DNA of 63,246 nucleotides from Salinivirgaceae bacterium (GCA_024405635.1 JAKSOL010000015.1:1-63246); one strand, 5' to 3'; shown: positions 51,095 through 62,300, counted from the stretch's first letter. The notes: a model not told the origin generated them from the letters alone. Numbers and translations: made by a program.

Positions 51095-51658
51095 ATGAGA
51101 AGCATTGCAAAAATTGAGCTACAGTATGCTCACCGTTTCTATGGCTTCCAAGGCGAAGCCATGTATCTTCACGGTCACACCGGTATTCTTACCATAGAAG
51201 TAGAAGACGATGTAACACCCAAGGTCAATATGGTATTTCCCTGTAACGAAATCAAGAAGATAGCGTGGGATGTACTACGTAATTTTGACCATGCGCTAGT
51301 ACTCCGAGAGGATGATCCACTACTTCCAGCCATTTTAACAGTATACGACAAGCAAGGAATACGCAATGGGCATCCTCTCAACAAAATGAAAGGCGAGGCG
51401 TTTGTCACCCCTCTAGCTACAGCTTATCCTGATTGCCGACTTGTAGTCACCAAAGAAACAATGACAGTTGAGGGTATGATAAAGATAGTTTATGACTTGC
51501 TAAAAGATAAGTTGCCCATAGTAAAGCTCACATTTTCGAGCGGAGTTAATAAAGCCTCGCAGTGCTACGACACTTGTAAGCATTTTGAAAGATGTCCTAT
51601 ATGCGGCGTAGTTCTTGACGAAAGAGGCAAGTGTCCAAAATGTGGGTGGAAAAAATAG
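51095..51658 (+). CDS. 6-pyruvoyl-tetrahydropterin synthase/QueD-like T-fold protein with C-terminal Zn ribbon
   Basis: AHRF...LHGH...FDH...TVE motifs; CPICG...CPKCG tail. Confidence 0.85.
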   Translation: MRSIAKIELQYAHRFYGFQGEAMYLHGHTGILTIEVEDDVTPKVNMVFPCNEIKKIAWDVLRNFDHALVLREDDPLLPAILTVYDKQGIRNGHPLNKMKGEAFVTPLATAYPDCRLVVTKETMTVEGMIKIVYDLLKDKLPIVKLTFSSGVNKASQCYDTCKHFERCPICGVVLDERGKCPKCGWKK

Positions 51659-51735
51659 AATTACTCCCAATATTATATTTCAGTATACCATTTTTTGTGT
51701 TTGTGCCGCCTTCTGTTTATCGGAAGGTGGCTTTA

Positions 51736-52638
51736 TTATAACGACAACAACATTTTAGCCTTAGGGACAGCAATCTCCTTGAACATCTGCAGAAGTTTTT
51801 CTGCTGCCAATTTTCTGTAGGTATCACTAGCAAAAAAGACATACGACTTAATAGGAGACGAAAGTTCCTCAATATCTACGGCCTTCAGAAACGGTCGGGC
51901 TATAATTGATTGTGCTGTAAGGATAGATATCATATCAGTCTCCTGAAGAAGGTTCAGGATAGCGTTAGTATCGTTGATGGTGGCAGCAATGTTAAGTTTT
52001 CCTGTATTGATGCCAATGAAATGTTCAAGACCATTGTGCTCCTTAACATCACCCTCCGGCAATACAAGACGTTGCGATCTCAAGTCGTCGAAAGACAACT
52101 TATCACTATTAGCCAGAGGGTGGCAAGTGCGCATTATAGCGCTCAGCTTATAATCGAGTAGATATTCATAGTCAATGCCATCCAAATTATCAGAAGGCAT
52201 AACAGAGAAGACCATATCCAGTTCGTGAGAGCGCAGTTTCTGCATTAGGTTATCTATAGTAGAGTAGCAGACAGAAGTTCTGATATCCCTATAAGTCCGG
52301 AGAAATTCGATACCAGTCTCGCGAATGAAAGACTCGTGCGAAGCGGTGAGGCCTATTCTAAGATCGCCACAATGAAGGCCGTTCATATCATTCATACGAG
52401 CTGTGCACTCATCGAAAGACTGGAGGGCTACTCTAGCGTACTTTAGCAAATGTTGTCCACTCTCTGTAAGTATTACGTTATGAGTTGTTCTGACAAACAA
52501 CAACGTTCCCAGTTCGTTTTCGAGGGCTTTTATCTGTTGAGACAATGCGCTCTGAGACAAATAAAGGCGACGTCCTGCCTCGGAGAAACTCAATGTTTCT
52601 GCAGTTGTTACGAAATATCTTAACTGGCGTGCTTCCAT
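51736..52638 (-). CDS. LysR family transcriptional regulator
   Basis: LRYF...SFSEAG..LYLSQSALSQQIKALENELG..LFVR...LTESG. Confidence 0.95.
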   Translation of the reverse strand: MEARQLRYFVTTAETLSFSEAGRRLYLSQSALSQQIKALENELGTLLFVRTTHNVILTESGQHLLKYARVALQSFDECTARMNDMNGLHCGDLRIGLTASHESFIRETGIEFLRTYRDIRTSVCYSTIDNLMQKLRSHELDMVFSVMPSDNLDGIDYEYLLDYKLSAIMRTCHPLANSDKLSFDDLRSQRLVLPEGDVKEHNGLEHFIGINTGKLNIAATINDTNAILNLLQETDMISILTAQSIIARPFLKAVDIEELSSPIKSYVFFASDTYRKLAAEKLLQMFKEIAVPKAKMLLSL

Positions 52639-53287
52639 ATTACGAAAGAATTAAGAGGAGTATTGTAGTTGAATTAATAGCAGAATCTGTCTGCCAGGCA
52701 TGTGTTTAGACACAAATGTATACTCTTTCTATCTATGTTGGTATCCGGCATTTTTCATGTGCTTTTTTGATAACATAAAGGCGTTTTACTGCGCTTTGTT
52801 TTTTGACGTTCTAAGAATCTCGCAAATTCGTTGTAACCAGTCAATTGCAAAGCAATGTGGACGCCCCGTTGCGTGTATTCTATGAATTGTTGCAGAAGGC
52901 AATAGCTTTGTTGCTCCAGCTTCGGTTGTCAAGTTAGGTGTAGGGCAAGAACATGGTTTCGGCTATCCGTATTCGGCTGCTCTTTCTCTTGCAATAAACA
53001 AAGTAACTTTTATCTCAATTGGTTATTTTTCATAAAATTAGCAAACAAAAATGACAAATCAACACAAATCCATAACTTTCTTTGCACGACGAAAAAACAT
53101 TTCGGTTGGTACACGTTATGGCCCACCTTCAACCTACATTTGCCCCCGAAACGCACAGAACGACACTGATTTAACTCTTTCTGTACCACTAAAACGGCCG
53201 TTTTTGCATATATTTGCGATATATCACTAAATTTTAGAGATTACAAAACAGACATAGAAATAATTTAAATATAATATAGCAGCATCA

Positions 53288-53527
53288 GACTATCATTGTG
53301 GTCGTCAAAGAAAGGAGCCTAGGAAACTATTTTTCTCTGATAAATACCACATCAATGATGGTTGGCTTTTGGTATTGTAGCCAAAGGAAGAGCCAATCCT
53401 CGTATAAAGGTAGAAATGATGACTTGCACCTATTTGGGTCGTGAGCATCATTCTTATTCAGACGAAGGGTCCATCATTTTCCTACGCTTGTACCCTGGGG
53501 TACCGTAAGAAGGCTTACACCTTTTTT
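53288..53527 (+). ncRNA. Putative structured cis-regulatory leader RNA upstream of the relic helicase/R-M unit
   Basis: tatatttg promoter at 53209-216; helices 53288-298/53353-363 and 53362-396; 53410-421 can pair with 53446-454 or 53472-485; hairpin 53490-503; terminal hairpin with U-run 53507-527. Confidence 0.55.
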
Positions 53528-53617
53528 GTGTTGTTATGTGTTCAGAAAGCCTAATACTAAATTGATTAGATAGTTGTCATAACTGGTTCAGTTAAACGGC
53601 TGCAATTATCTACTCAA

Positions 53618-53940
53618 ATGAATAATACTCTCCTTGACAACAGCCAGAAGTTTCTCATGAGGGACATCTTGCAATAATTTATCGGAAGTGGCAAGTACAA
53701 TCATATATGCATTGCCACAGGTTATTGGGACTTACCAGGAACGTCCCTTGTTTATGACCAGCTAAAAACCTTCCTCGAAAATGGAGGTCGATTAGATATC
53801 CTAATCGGCCAAGAGCCTCAGCTTCGTTCCTACCAGACACACGCCCCAGAACCTGATCAGGAACGGTTCCCCGACTTCTATCTTCAGCGCGACATAAATC
53901 TGTTGACGGAGGAGTATCGACCTACAGCCGAACTCATTCA
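53618..53940 (+). pseudogene. 5' fragment of a PLD-like-domain (SNF2-type) helicase gene with an internal stop
   Basis: MNNTLLDNSQKFLMRDILQ*FIGSGKYNHICIATGYWDLPG...LDILIGQEP...FPDFYLQRDI; TAA at 53675-677. Confidence 0.7.
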
Positions 53941-54117
53941 GCAAGTAAAACTGTTAAACAGTCAATAGAATCACTCGTCGACCACATCCTCTCTGCCAAG
54001 AAATCGAATCCTAAAGCCAACACCTCCGCCGAAGAGCAGAAGATTGACCAGTTGGTATATAAACTCTACAACCTCACTCCAGAGGAGATAGCAATCGTGG
54101 AAGGTAAAAACGAATAA
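53941..54117 (+). pseudogene. 3' fragment of a type IIG (Eco57I/TaqI-C-like) R-M gene
   Basis: IESLVDHILSAKKSNPKANTSAEEQKIDQLVYKLYNLTPEEIAIVEGKNE*, a characteristic type IIG C-terminus. Confidence 0.8.
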
Positions 54118-54130
54118 GAAAGAATCAAAT

Positions 54131-54244
54131 ATGGCAAACAACGAAATACAATTCATCCTGTACAACATGCCTGACGACCATGGCAAAGTACAGGTTGTCA
54201 TAAAAGACGAAACACTATGGTGTACGCAGAAAGATTCCCAATAG
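54131..54244 (+). pseudogene. 5' fragment of a RhuM family gene
   Basis: MANNEIQFILYNMPDDHGKVQVVIKDETLWCTQK, after which similarity is lost and a stop follows. Confidence 0.8.
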
Positions 54245-54432
54245 AATTCAAGATACTGCCTCGTGACCTTTCTGAAGAGTATATCTCATGGCAATGCCAG
54301 TGTGACACTCACGATGATGGACAAGTCCTCTATACATTTGATGACCCTGAACTTATTTGGGACACTATCATTATTGATGGCAAATCATTTGAAGATGTTC
54401 TTGAACGCTCTGAAATAATAACGATTAATTGA
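54233..54432 (+). pseudogene. 3' fragment of an unknown acidic protein fused after the RhuM fragment
   Basis: Open frame ...IWDTIIIDGKSFEDVLERSEIITIN* begins at the RhuM break point. Confidence 0.45.
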
Positions 54433-54701
54433 TTCTTTTGGTGGAAGAAGTCTCTCCCTGACTTCGTCCCCCAATGACTTTGCTGGTTCAAACTAGCAAG
54501 GTCTTGGTGGCTTTTCGACACCCTCTCCCCCGACAGACTTCATTTCTTTCTCGCCGTTGGATTTCTTATAGCTTGTCTCGCTCCCCACGAACATACACAC
54601 CTCGCAGTTCATCTGTCTCTTCTCGGCGCCCGCAGGCGTTCGCTGAGATCGCCAAATCGGCTACTCATTCACTCCGTCATAGTTTCTTCGTTCCCAAGGA
54701 A

Positions 54702-56480
54702 TTATTCTTCCGAGAAGTTGAGCAAAGCTTTGCGGTAGGCAGTGTAAATTTTTGATTTTGATATAAATCCGTCGTACAAACCATCGTTAATAACAGGAAG
54801 GTTCCATGCTCCAGTTTTTTCAAACTTCTCCATCACAACGTCCATAGCATCGGTAGTGCGCACCACATCAACTGGCGCCGATATTAGTTCGTAAATGTAT
54901 GTAGTGTCGTACATTTCGGGGTTAAACATTATGTGGCGAATATCGTCGAGCAATACAATGCCAACAAGTTCTTTGTTTTCGTTTATTACAGGAAACATGT
55001 TTCGGCGTGAGTGAGAAACAGCGCCAACCAAGACGCGTAAAGTTTGTTCGGGTTTAACACTAACAAAATCGCGTTCAATTTCGCGTTCAAGGCGCATCAA
55101 AGTAAGTGCAGCGCGGTCTTTGTTGTGGGTTATAAGGTCACCGCGTTGGGCAAGACGTTTGGTGTAAATGCTATGTGGCTCAAAATACATAATGGTTATG
55201 TACGAACCTATTGAGGCAACAATAAGAGGAACAAAAAGTCCGTATCCGCCGGTGATTTCGGCAATAAGAAAAATTCCGGTAAGAGGAGCGTGCATCAGTG
55301 CCGACATGAAAGCTGCCATGCCAACCAATGCAAAATTCACCTCTGGAACATCGGCAAAACCTAGAGCATTGAGCGAACGTGCTACAAAAAATCCTAGCAC
55401 ACCACCCATAAATAGCGAAGGAGCAAACACACCGCCAATGCCGCCAGCGCCTGTGGTTGCCGAAGTGGCTATAACTTTAAGTAGTAACATTAGTAGCACA
55501 TAAATAAGTACAGTGCCAATGCCACTACCAAACCAACCCACAATGTCTTGGTTTATGATGCGGTCGCCGTTGCCCGATAAAATATTGCGCAAAGCCTCGT
55601 AACCTTCGCCAAATAACGGAGGAAAGAGAAGAATGAGAACACCTAGCGACACTCCGCCAATTAGCAAGCGCATCCATGGCCTTTTTAGCTCTTCGAGCCA
55701 GCGCTCCATAGCCATGTTTATTTCAGTAAAATACCAACCAAACAAACCCGCCAACACACCAAGCAGCAAGTAAAAAGGTATGTTTGAGATGATGAATGGC
55801 GATTGCAGTTGGAACGAAAATAGCGCTTCGCTTTGTCCCAAGCATAAGTACGAAGTTAATGTGCCAGTTACTGCCGAAATAAGCAGTGGAGTAAGTGATG
55901 CAAATGTCATATCAATCATTAGCACCTCAAGAGTAAACACCAAACCGGCAATAGGGGCCTTAAAAATACCAGCAACAGCACCAGCGGCACCGCAGCCGAT
56001 CATTAAAATTACTTGACGATAGTTTAACTTGAATAAACGGGCTAGGGTACTACCAATAGCAGCACCCGATAGCACAATTGGTGCTTCAGCTCCCACTGAA
56101 CCGCCAAAACCAATGGTGATGGTGCTTCCTACTATTCCAGTAAAAGTGTCTTTACTTTTTAGATATCCGTTTTTGCGTGAAATGGCAAAAAGCACGCGGC
56201 TGATACCGTGTGTAATATTTTCTTTTACAAAAAATTTAGTCCAAAGCGAAGTAAGGAAAATACCTATGGCTGGCAGAATGAGGAACATGTAACCTCCCAT
56301 TTCAGAGCCAAAATGTTTTTCAAGAAAAGTGTGAGTAATATATATAGTGTCTTTAAGCACCACTGCAGCTAATCCACTCAACAATCCCACCAACAAACTA
56401 GTAATAATAATTATGCGGCGTTCGTTTAGATGCTTTGTCTTAAAAACCGAAATCCAACTAGTAATTTTGTTCAAACTCAT
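54702..56480 (-). CDS. CLC chloride channel/transporter with CBS domains
   Basis: GGSVGAEAP, GAAGAVAGIFKAP, GGVFAPSL, APLTG, SIYT, tandem CBS domains. Confidence 0.95.
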   Translation of the reverse strand: MSLNKITSWISVFKTKHLNERRIIIITSLLVGLLSGLAAVVLKDTIYITHTFLEKHFGSEMGGYMFLILPAIGIFLTSLWTKFFVKENITHGISRVLFAISRKNGYLKSKDTFTGIVGSTITIGFGGSVGAEAPIVLSGAAIGSTLARLFKLNYRQVILMIGCGAAGAVAGIFKAPIAGLVFTLEVLMIDMTFASLTPLLISAVTGTLTSYLCLGQSEALFSFQLQSPFIISNIPFYLLLGVLAGLFGWYFTEINMAMERWLEELKRPWMRLLIGGVSLGVLILLFPPLFGEGYEALRNILSGNGDRIINQDIVGWFGSGIGTVLIYVLLMLLLKVIATSATTGAGGIGGVFAPSLFMGGVLGFFVARSLNALGFADVPEVNFALVGMAAFMSALMHAPLTGIFLIAEITGGYGLFVPLIVASIGSYITIMYFEPHSIYTKRLAQRGDLITHNKDRAALTLMRLEREIERDFVSVKPEQTLRVLVGAVSHSRRNMFPVINENKELVGIVLLDDIRHIMFNPEMYDTTYIYELISAPVDVVRTTDAMDVVMEKFEKTGAWNLPVINDGLYDGFISKSKIYTAYRKALLNFSEE

Positions 56481-57046
56481 TTTTTCTTCTTTTCAACAGT
56501 CCAGCCAAACTTTCCAATGCGTTGGCCTAGTTTGTAATATTGTCCGTGCGAGTAAGCAATCAACTTAGCTTTTTCAAGGTCAAACTTGCCAGTTTGGTCA
56601 ATCAAATCCTCATCGGCATTAACGGCTACCACGTTAGCAATAAACATATCGTGCGACCCGAGTTTTTTCACATCAACAACCTTACATTCAATGCACATTG
56701 GCGACTCTTTTATCATTGGCGCCGAAACTGTGGTTGCTGCAATTGGAGTAATGCCCATTGCTTCAAACTTATTAACGTCGCGACCCGATTTAACTCCGCA
56801 CCAATCGGTTGCTTTTGCCAATTGTTCGTTTGTGAGGTTAATCACAAACTCGCCAGTTTGCATAATTAATTGGTGAGAGAATCGGCTAGGTCTTACCGAT
56901 ATGTAGCACATTGCGGGGTCGGAACAAATGGTACCAGTCCATGCTACGGTAAGTACATTGGACGATTGTGGAAATTGTCCACAAGTTACCAATACTGCCG
57001 GAACGGGATAAATCATATTACCTGGACGCCAAACAACCTTGCCCAT
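56477..57046 (-). CDS. Flavin reductase-like FMN-binding protein
   Basis: YPVPAVLV, AWTG, GEFVIN, CGVKSGRD, IECKV, LGSHDMFIA. Confidence 0.9.
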   Translation of the reverse strand: MGKVVWRPGNMIYPVPAVLVTCGQFPQSSNVLTVAWTGTICSDPAMCYISVRPSRFSHQLIMQTGEFVINLTNEQLAKATDWCGVKSGRDVNKFEAMGITPIAATTVSAPMIKESPMCIECKVVDVKKLGSHDMFIANVVAVNADEDLIDQTGKFDLEKAKLIAYSHGQYYKLGQRIGKFGWTVEKKKK

Positions 57047-57338
57047 TTAAGCTCTTTTTTATTGCGCTTGCAAATATCAAAAAATACATAAAAGGTGGAA
57101 AAGAAAAAATGAGTAGATACAATATGTATAAAAGCATCATAAAAACTTACAAATCTTGTGGTGTAAAAAATGAAATCGGTATTGCACAAGAAACTATTAT
57201 AGTTTATTATTGCATCGTTTTTCAAGGTTATCGCATTACTAGCGATTGTTTTCAATAACATTTTCCTTATAAACATCTTACCAAAGTTGCCAAACATGTG
57301 TTTGTGTGGCTTGTTTTTCAAATCTTAACTTTTCGCAG

Positions 57339-59138
57339 ATGGATCAATCTGAAAACTCACAAAACAATCAGAATTTTGAAGGCTCACAAGAGTCAAACAA
57401 CCCAGAGAAAAAACATCGTCGTCGTCGTATCGGAAGTCGTATTATGAGTGTTGGCACCGATGGTCATACACAAATGAGCAAGGCCGAAACCGAACGTCGT
57501 CGTAATAACAATTTGCGTAATGCACAAGAAGCGCAATCACGAGCTGAAGTTGTTGAGCCGATAGTAAAACCGGTCGAGGAGGAGGAGATTCGTATGTCGT
57601 TTAATCCTATCGATCGCAAAGTAGAAGTAGAACAGCCTGCAGCAGCTCCAGCAAAACGACGTGGACGCCCTAAAAAGATGAAGGCTGAAGAAGTGGAGAT
57701 GCAATCGCAAGATATTGATAACGAAACAGTTGAGGCTGATGTGGCTTTGCAAGAAATTCCTTTGGTTATTGATGAGGAGCCAGAAATAGTTATGCTGCCA
57801 CAACAAGAAGATGAGGCGCAGGAGGAAGAAACTGAATTGGAAAACGTAAGTGAAAACGGAGTTGAGGTTGTTGATGGACAAAACGATTCGGTTGAAAATC
57901 AAGCAATTGATGATCAGCAATCAGAAACGCAACAAAACCAACGCTTTGAACGTAACCGTCAGTTTGATCGCCATCAGCACCAACAAGAGCCATTGCCACG
58001 ATTTGAGTTTGTTGATCCAATTGAGGCAACTGGTGTTCTTGAGGCTTTGCCAGAAGGTTACGGATTCTTGCGCTCGTCAGACTATAATTATATGCCATCG
58101 CCCGACGATATTTATGTGAGCCAAGCTCAAATTAAATTGTTCGGACTGAAAACAGGAGATACCATTGGTGGATGTGTTCAACCTCCTAAAGAGGGTGAAA
58201 AATATTTCCCTCTAATCAAGGTTAATCGAATAAACGGATTGGAAACATCTGACGTTCGCGACCGCGTTCCTTTTGAGTTTTTAACTCCAGTTTTTCCTGA
58301 AGACAAATTCGACTTAACAAGTCATCGCGAGTGCTCTGTTTCAACGCGTATTATTGACATGTTTACTCCAATAGGAAAAGGTCAACGCGGTTTGATTGTG
58401 GCTCAACCTAAAACAGGTAAAACAATGTTGTTAAAAGAAATAGCAACAGCCATCACCGAAAATCACCCCGAGGTTTACCTAATTGTCCTTTTGATTGACG
58501 AACGTCCTGAAGAGGTTACCGATATGATAGAACATCTAAACTCAAGAGGCGGAGGTGAGGTTATAGCATCAACATTTGATGAGCCAGCAGAAAAGCATGT
58601 TCGCGTATCAACCATAGTGCTTGAAAAAGCAAAACGCCTAGTTGAATGCGGTCACGATGTTGTAATTCTTCTCGATTCAATTACACGTTTGGCCCGAGCA
58701 TATAACACTGTTGCTCCCGCATCGGGCAAGGTACTATCGGGCGGTGTTGATGCTAATGCACTTCAAAAACCTAAGCGATTCTTTGGCGCTGCGCGTAATA
58801 TTATGGGCGGAGGTTCATTAACCATTCTTGCAACAGCGCTTACCGAAACTGGCTCAAAAATGGATGAGGTTATTTTTGAGGAATTTAAGGGCACTGGTAA
58901 CATGGAGCTTCAACTTGATCGTAAACTATCGAACCGTCGTTTGTTCCCTGCTGTCGATTTGAACTTGAGCAGCACTCGTCGCGACGATAAATTGCTTGAT
59001 AAAGAAACACTTGACCGTATGTGGATTTTGCGCAAGCATCTTGCCGATATGACTTCGGTTGAGGCTATGGAATTCTTGCAACAACGTATGGTTGGCACAC
59101 GTAATGCAAAAGAATTCTTTGCAATGATGAATAGTTAA
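57339..59138 (+). CDS. rho: Transcription termination factor Rho with long disordered N-terminal extension
   Basis: [59 protein letters not shown]. Confidence 0.98.
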   Translation: MDQSENSQNNQNFEGSQESNNPEKKHRRRRIGSRIMSVGTDGHTQMSKAETERRRNNNLRNAQEAQSRAEVVEPIVKPVEEEEIRMSFNPIDRKVEVEQPAAAPAKRRGRPKKMKAEEVEMQSQDIDNETVEADVALQEIPLVIDEEPEIVMLPQQEDEAQEEETELENVSENGVEVVDGQNDSVENQAIDDQQSETQQNQRFERNRQFDRHQHQQEPLPRFEFVDPIEATGVLEALPEGYGFLRSSDYNYMPSPDDIYVSQAQIKLFGLKTGDTIGGCVQPPKEGEKYFPLIKVNRINGLETSDVRDRVPFEFLTPVFPEDKFDLTSHRECSVSTRIIDMFTPIGKGQRGLIVAQPKTGKTMLLKEIATAITENHPEVYLIVLLIDERPEEVTDMIEHLNSRGGGEVIASTFDEPAEKHVRVSTIVLEKAKRLVECGHDVVILLDSITRLARAYNTVAPASGKVLSGGVDANALQKPKRFFGAARNIMGGGSLTILATALTETGSKMDEVIFEEFKGTGNMELQLDRKLSNRRLFPAVDLNLSSTRRDDKLLDKETLDRMWILRKHLADMTSVEAMEFLQQRMVGTRNAKEFFAMMNS

Positions 59139-59161
59139 TAAGAAGATTATTAGGTAAATGT

Positions 59162-59196
59162 AAAGCCGCCTTTCTCATCTGGATGGCGGCTTTTTT
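59162..59196 (+). terminator. Intrinsic terminator after rho
   Basis: aaagccgcc...ggcggctttttt. Confidence 0.8.
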
Positions 59197-59347
59197 GTTG
59201 ATAATCAATTTAAATTTACGACAAAGAAGTTAATCTATAATCTTTGGCCAATATTTTTTGTTTGCATTAAAGCAAATCAAAGATATATTTGCACGCTCTA
59301 AAAAATGAGCAGACTAACCATTTGAAGAATATTTAATTTTTATAAAA

Positions 59348-62300
59348 ATGCAAAACAAAGGTGCTATTAAGTTGGTTGCCACTTTGCTTGTGTTGGTATG
59401 TTTTTACCAACTATGGTTTTCGGTGGTAACATCGCGAGAAGAGAAAAAAGCAAACCAGTATGCTTTGAACGAAGATGGTAGCGTTGATAAAGTAAAATAC
59501 AACGCTTATTTGGATTCTTTGTCAAGCACACCAGTTTATGACTTTTTGTTTGTTAAAGATTTTACCTACCGTGAGTGTAAAGAACGTGAATTGAACTTGG
59601 GCTTGGACCTTAAGGGCGGTATGAACGTTATTCTTGAGGTAAGTGTTGTTGATGTTGTTCGTTCACTATCGAACTACAGTACCGATACAACCTTTAACAA
59701 GGCTATTGAAAATGCAAAAAAACGTTTGAAAGAAGGCGGCCAAGTTGGTTTCGTTACATTGTTTGGTCAATGTTTCGCAGAATTGGATCCAAATGCTAGT
59801 CTTGCTGCAATTTTTAATACTGTTCAACTTCGCGACAAAGTTAGTTTCAATTCAAGCAACGATGACGTATTGAAAGTGTTGCGCGACGAAACTGAAGCAG
59901 CAATCAGCAACTCATTTAACGTGTTGCGTACTCGTATCGACCGTTTCGGCGTTGCACAACCAAACATTCAACGTTTGGGTAATACAGGCCGCATCTTGGT
60001 TGAGTTGCCAGGTATTAAAGATTCAGAGCGTGTTCGTAAATTGTTGCAAGGTTCTGCAAACTTGGAGTTCTGGGAGACTTATGACAATAGCGAGATTTAT
60101 CAATTCCTATATGCCGCAAACGCAAGAATTAAAGAGATTAACGATGTTAAAGAGGCGTCTGCTGCAAAAACAGCTACTCCAGTTGAAGAATCAGTAAAAG
60201 CAGAATCGTCAGAGTCTTCTTTGATTGATGCAATTGCAGAGTCGGCTGAGGTTGATTCTTCTAACGTGAACGCAGCAAAAGATTATCCTTTGTTTAGTGT
60301 CCTACAACCATATTTTACTCAAGATGGTCGTCCACGTTCAGGTGCAGCAATCGGTTTTGCTCACTTTAAAGACACTGCAAAAGTTAATGCAATGTTGAAC
60401 GAGACACAAGTTAAGGCTTTGTTCCCTCACAACTTGAAACTTCTTTGGACTGTTAAGTCAATTGATGAAGCAGGCAACTTCTTTGAATTGGTTGCAATTA
60501 AAGTAACTAGCCGTGATGGACAACCAGCACTTTCGGGCGATGTTGTAACAAACGCATCAGACGAATACCAACAAGGTCGTGGTTCGGCTGAGGTTTCAAT
60601 GACAATGAATGCAGAAGGTGCTCGTCAATGGGCTCGCATTACAAAAGAAAACATTGGTAAGAGTGTTGCTATCGTTCTTGACGATTATGTATATTCTTAT
60701 CCAACCGTTCAATCGGAAATTAAAGGCGGTCGTTCTTCAATCACTGGAAACTTTACAGTTTCGGAGGCAAAAGACTTGGCAAATATCTTGAAGTCTGGTA
60801 AAATGGTTGCTCCTGCTCGTATTGAGCAAGAGACAATTGTTGGTCCTTCTCTAGGTCAAGAGTCAATCAACAAAGGCTTGTGGTCGTTTGTTTTGGCTTT
60901 TGTAATTGTGTTGATTTACATGTTGTTCTACTACCGCACAGCAGGTATGGCAGCAAACTTGGCTTTGTTGCTTAATGTGTTCTTCATCTTTGGTGTTCTT
61001 GCTTCACTTGGTGCGGTTCTAACACTTTCAGGTATTGCAGGTATCGTTCTTACTCTTGGTATGGCAGTTGACTCTAACGTACTTATCTACGAGCGCGTTA
61101 AAGAAGAGTTGGCTGGTGGTAAGGCTTTGAAACAAGCAATTAAAGATGGTTATTCAAATGCTTATTCAGCAATCCTTGACTCAAACATCACAACATTGCT
61201 TACTGCGCTTATTCTTGGTAAGTTTGGTGATGGTCCAATTCATGGTTTCGCTGTAACCTTGAGTATAGGTATCCTTGCATCATTGTTCTCGGCAATCTTC
61301 ATTACTCGTTTGGTATTTGAAGGAATGTTGGGTAAGGAGAAAAACATTTCGTTCTCATCAGCACTTACTGCTCGCTTGTACAAAGGCATCAACATCGACT
61401 TTATTGGTAAACGTAAAATTTGCTATGTAATCTCTGGCGTTGTTCTATTATCTGGTATAATTTCACTTTGCACTCGTGGTCTTGACTGGGGTGTAGATTT
61501 TACAGGTGGTCGTACATTTGTTGTGCGTTTCGAAAAACCAGTTAACACAATTGAGGTTCGTGAAGCAATTGCTTCTGTAATTGGAGAATCTCCAGAGGTA
61601 AAAACCTATGGTGACGATAACCAAATTAAAATCACAACAAAATACTTGTATGAGCAAGGTGCTGAAGTGTCAGAAAATGATGTAAAAGAAGCTGCTCAAT
61701 ACACTGATGGCAATGAACCAACAAACGATGATATTGTTGAGGTTAAGTTCTACTTGGCATTGAAGGATAAATTCTTGCCAGAAGGAACAGACTTTAAAAC
61801 ATTTGTTCAAGAATATCGTATGAGTTCAGAAAAAGTAGGAGCTACAATTGCAGAGGATATTAAAACTTCGGCAGGTTGGGCTTTAGGTTTCTCGCTATTG
61901 GTAATCTTCTTGTACATTGCATTCCGTTTCCGTAAATGGCAATTTGGTATTGGTGCTATTGCTGCATTGGTTCACGATACATTGTTTGTTATTGGCATGT
62001 ACTCAATCTTATTCAGCATTATGCCATTCTCAATGTCAATTGACCAATCGTTTGTAGCAGCAATATTGACAGTTATTGGTTACTCAATCAACGATACAGT
62101 GGTTGTGTTTGACCGTATCCGTGAGTTCCAAGCAACTCAAGGTCGTCGACCTTTGGCTGAAGTAATTAACTCTGCTGTTAATAGCACATTGGCTCGTACA
62201 ATCAATACATCAGTTACAACATTGTTGGTATTAATCGTAATCTTCATCTTTGGTGGTGAGGTTATTCGTGGATTTATTTTTGCAATGTTGATTGGTGTTG

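Noticed and set aside
52700-53200. Short ORF or att-like sequence upstream of lysR
   Set aside because: No recognisable protein motif or matching repeat partner found by eye; left unannotated.
56968-57321. Overlapping short ORFs between the flavin reductase gene and rho
   Set aside because: AT-rich divergent promoter region; translations are low-complexity with no motifs.
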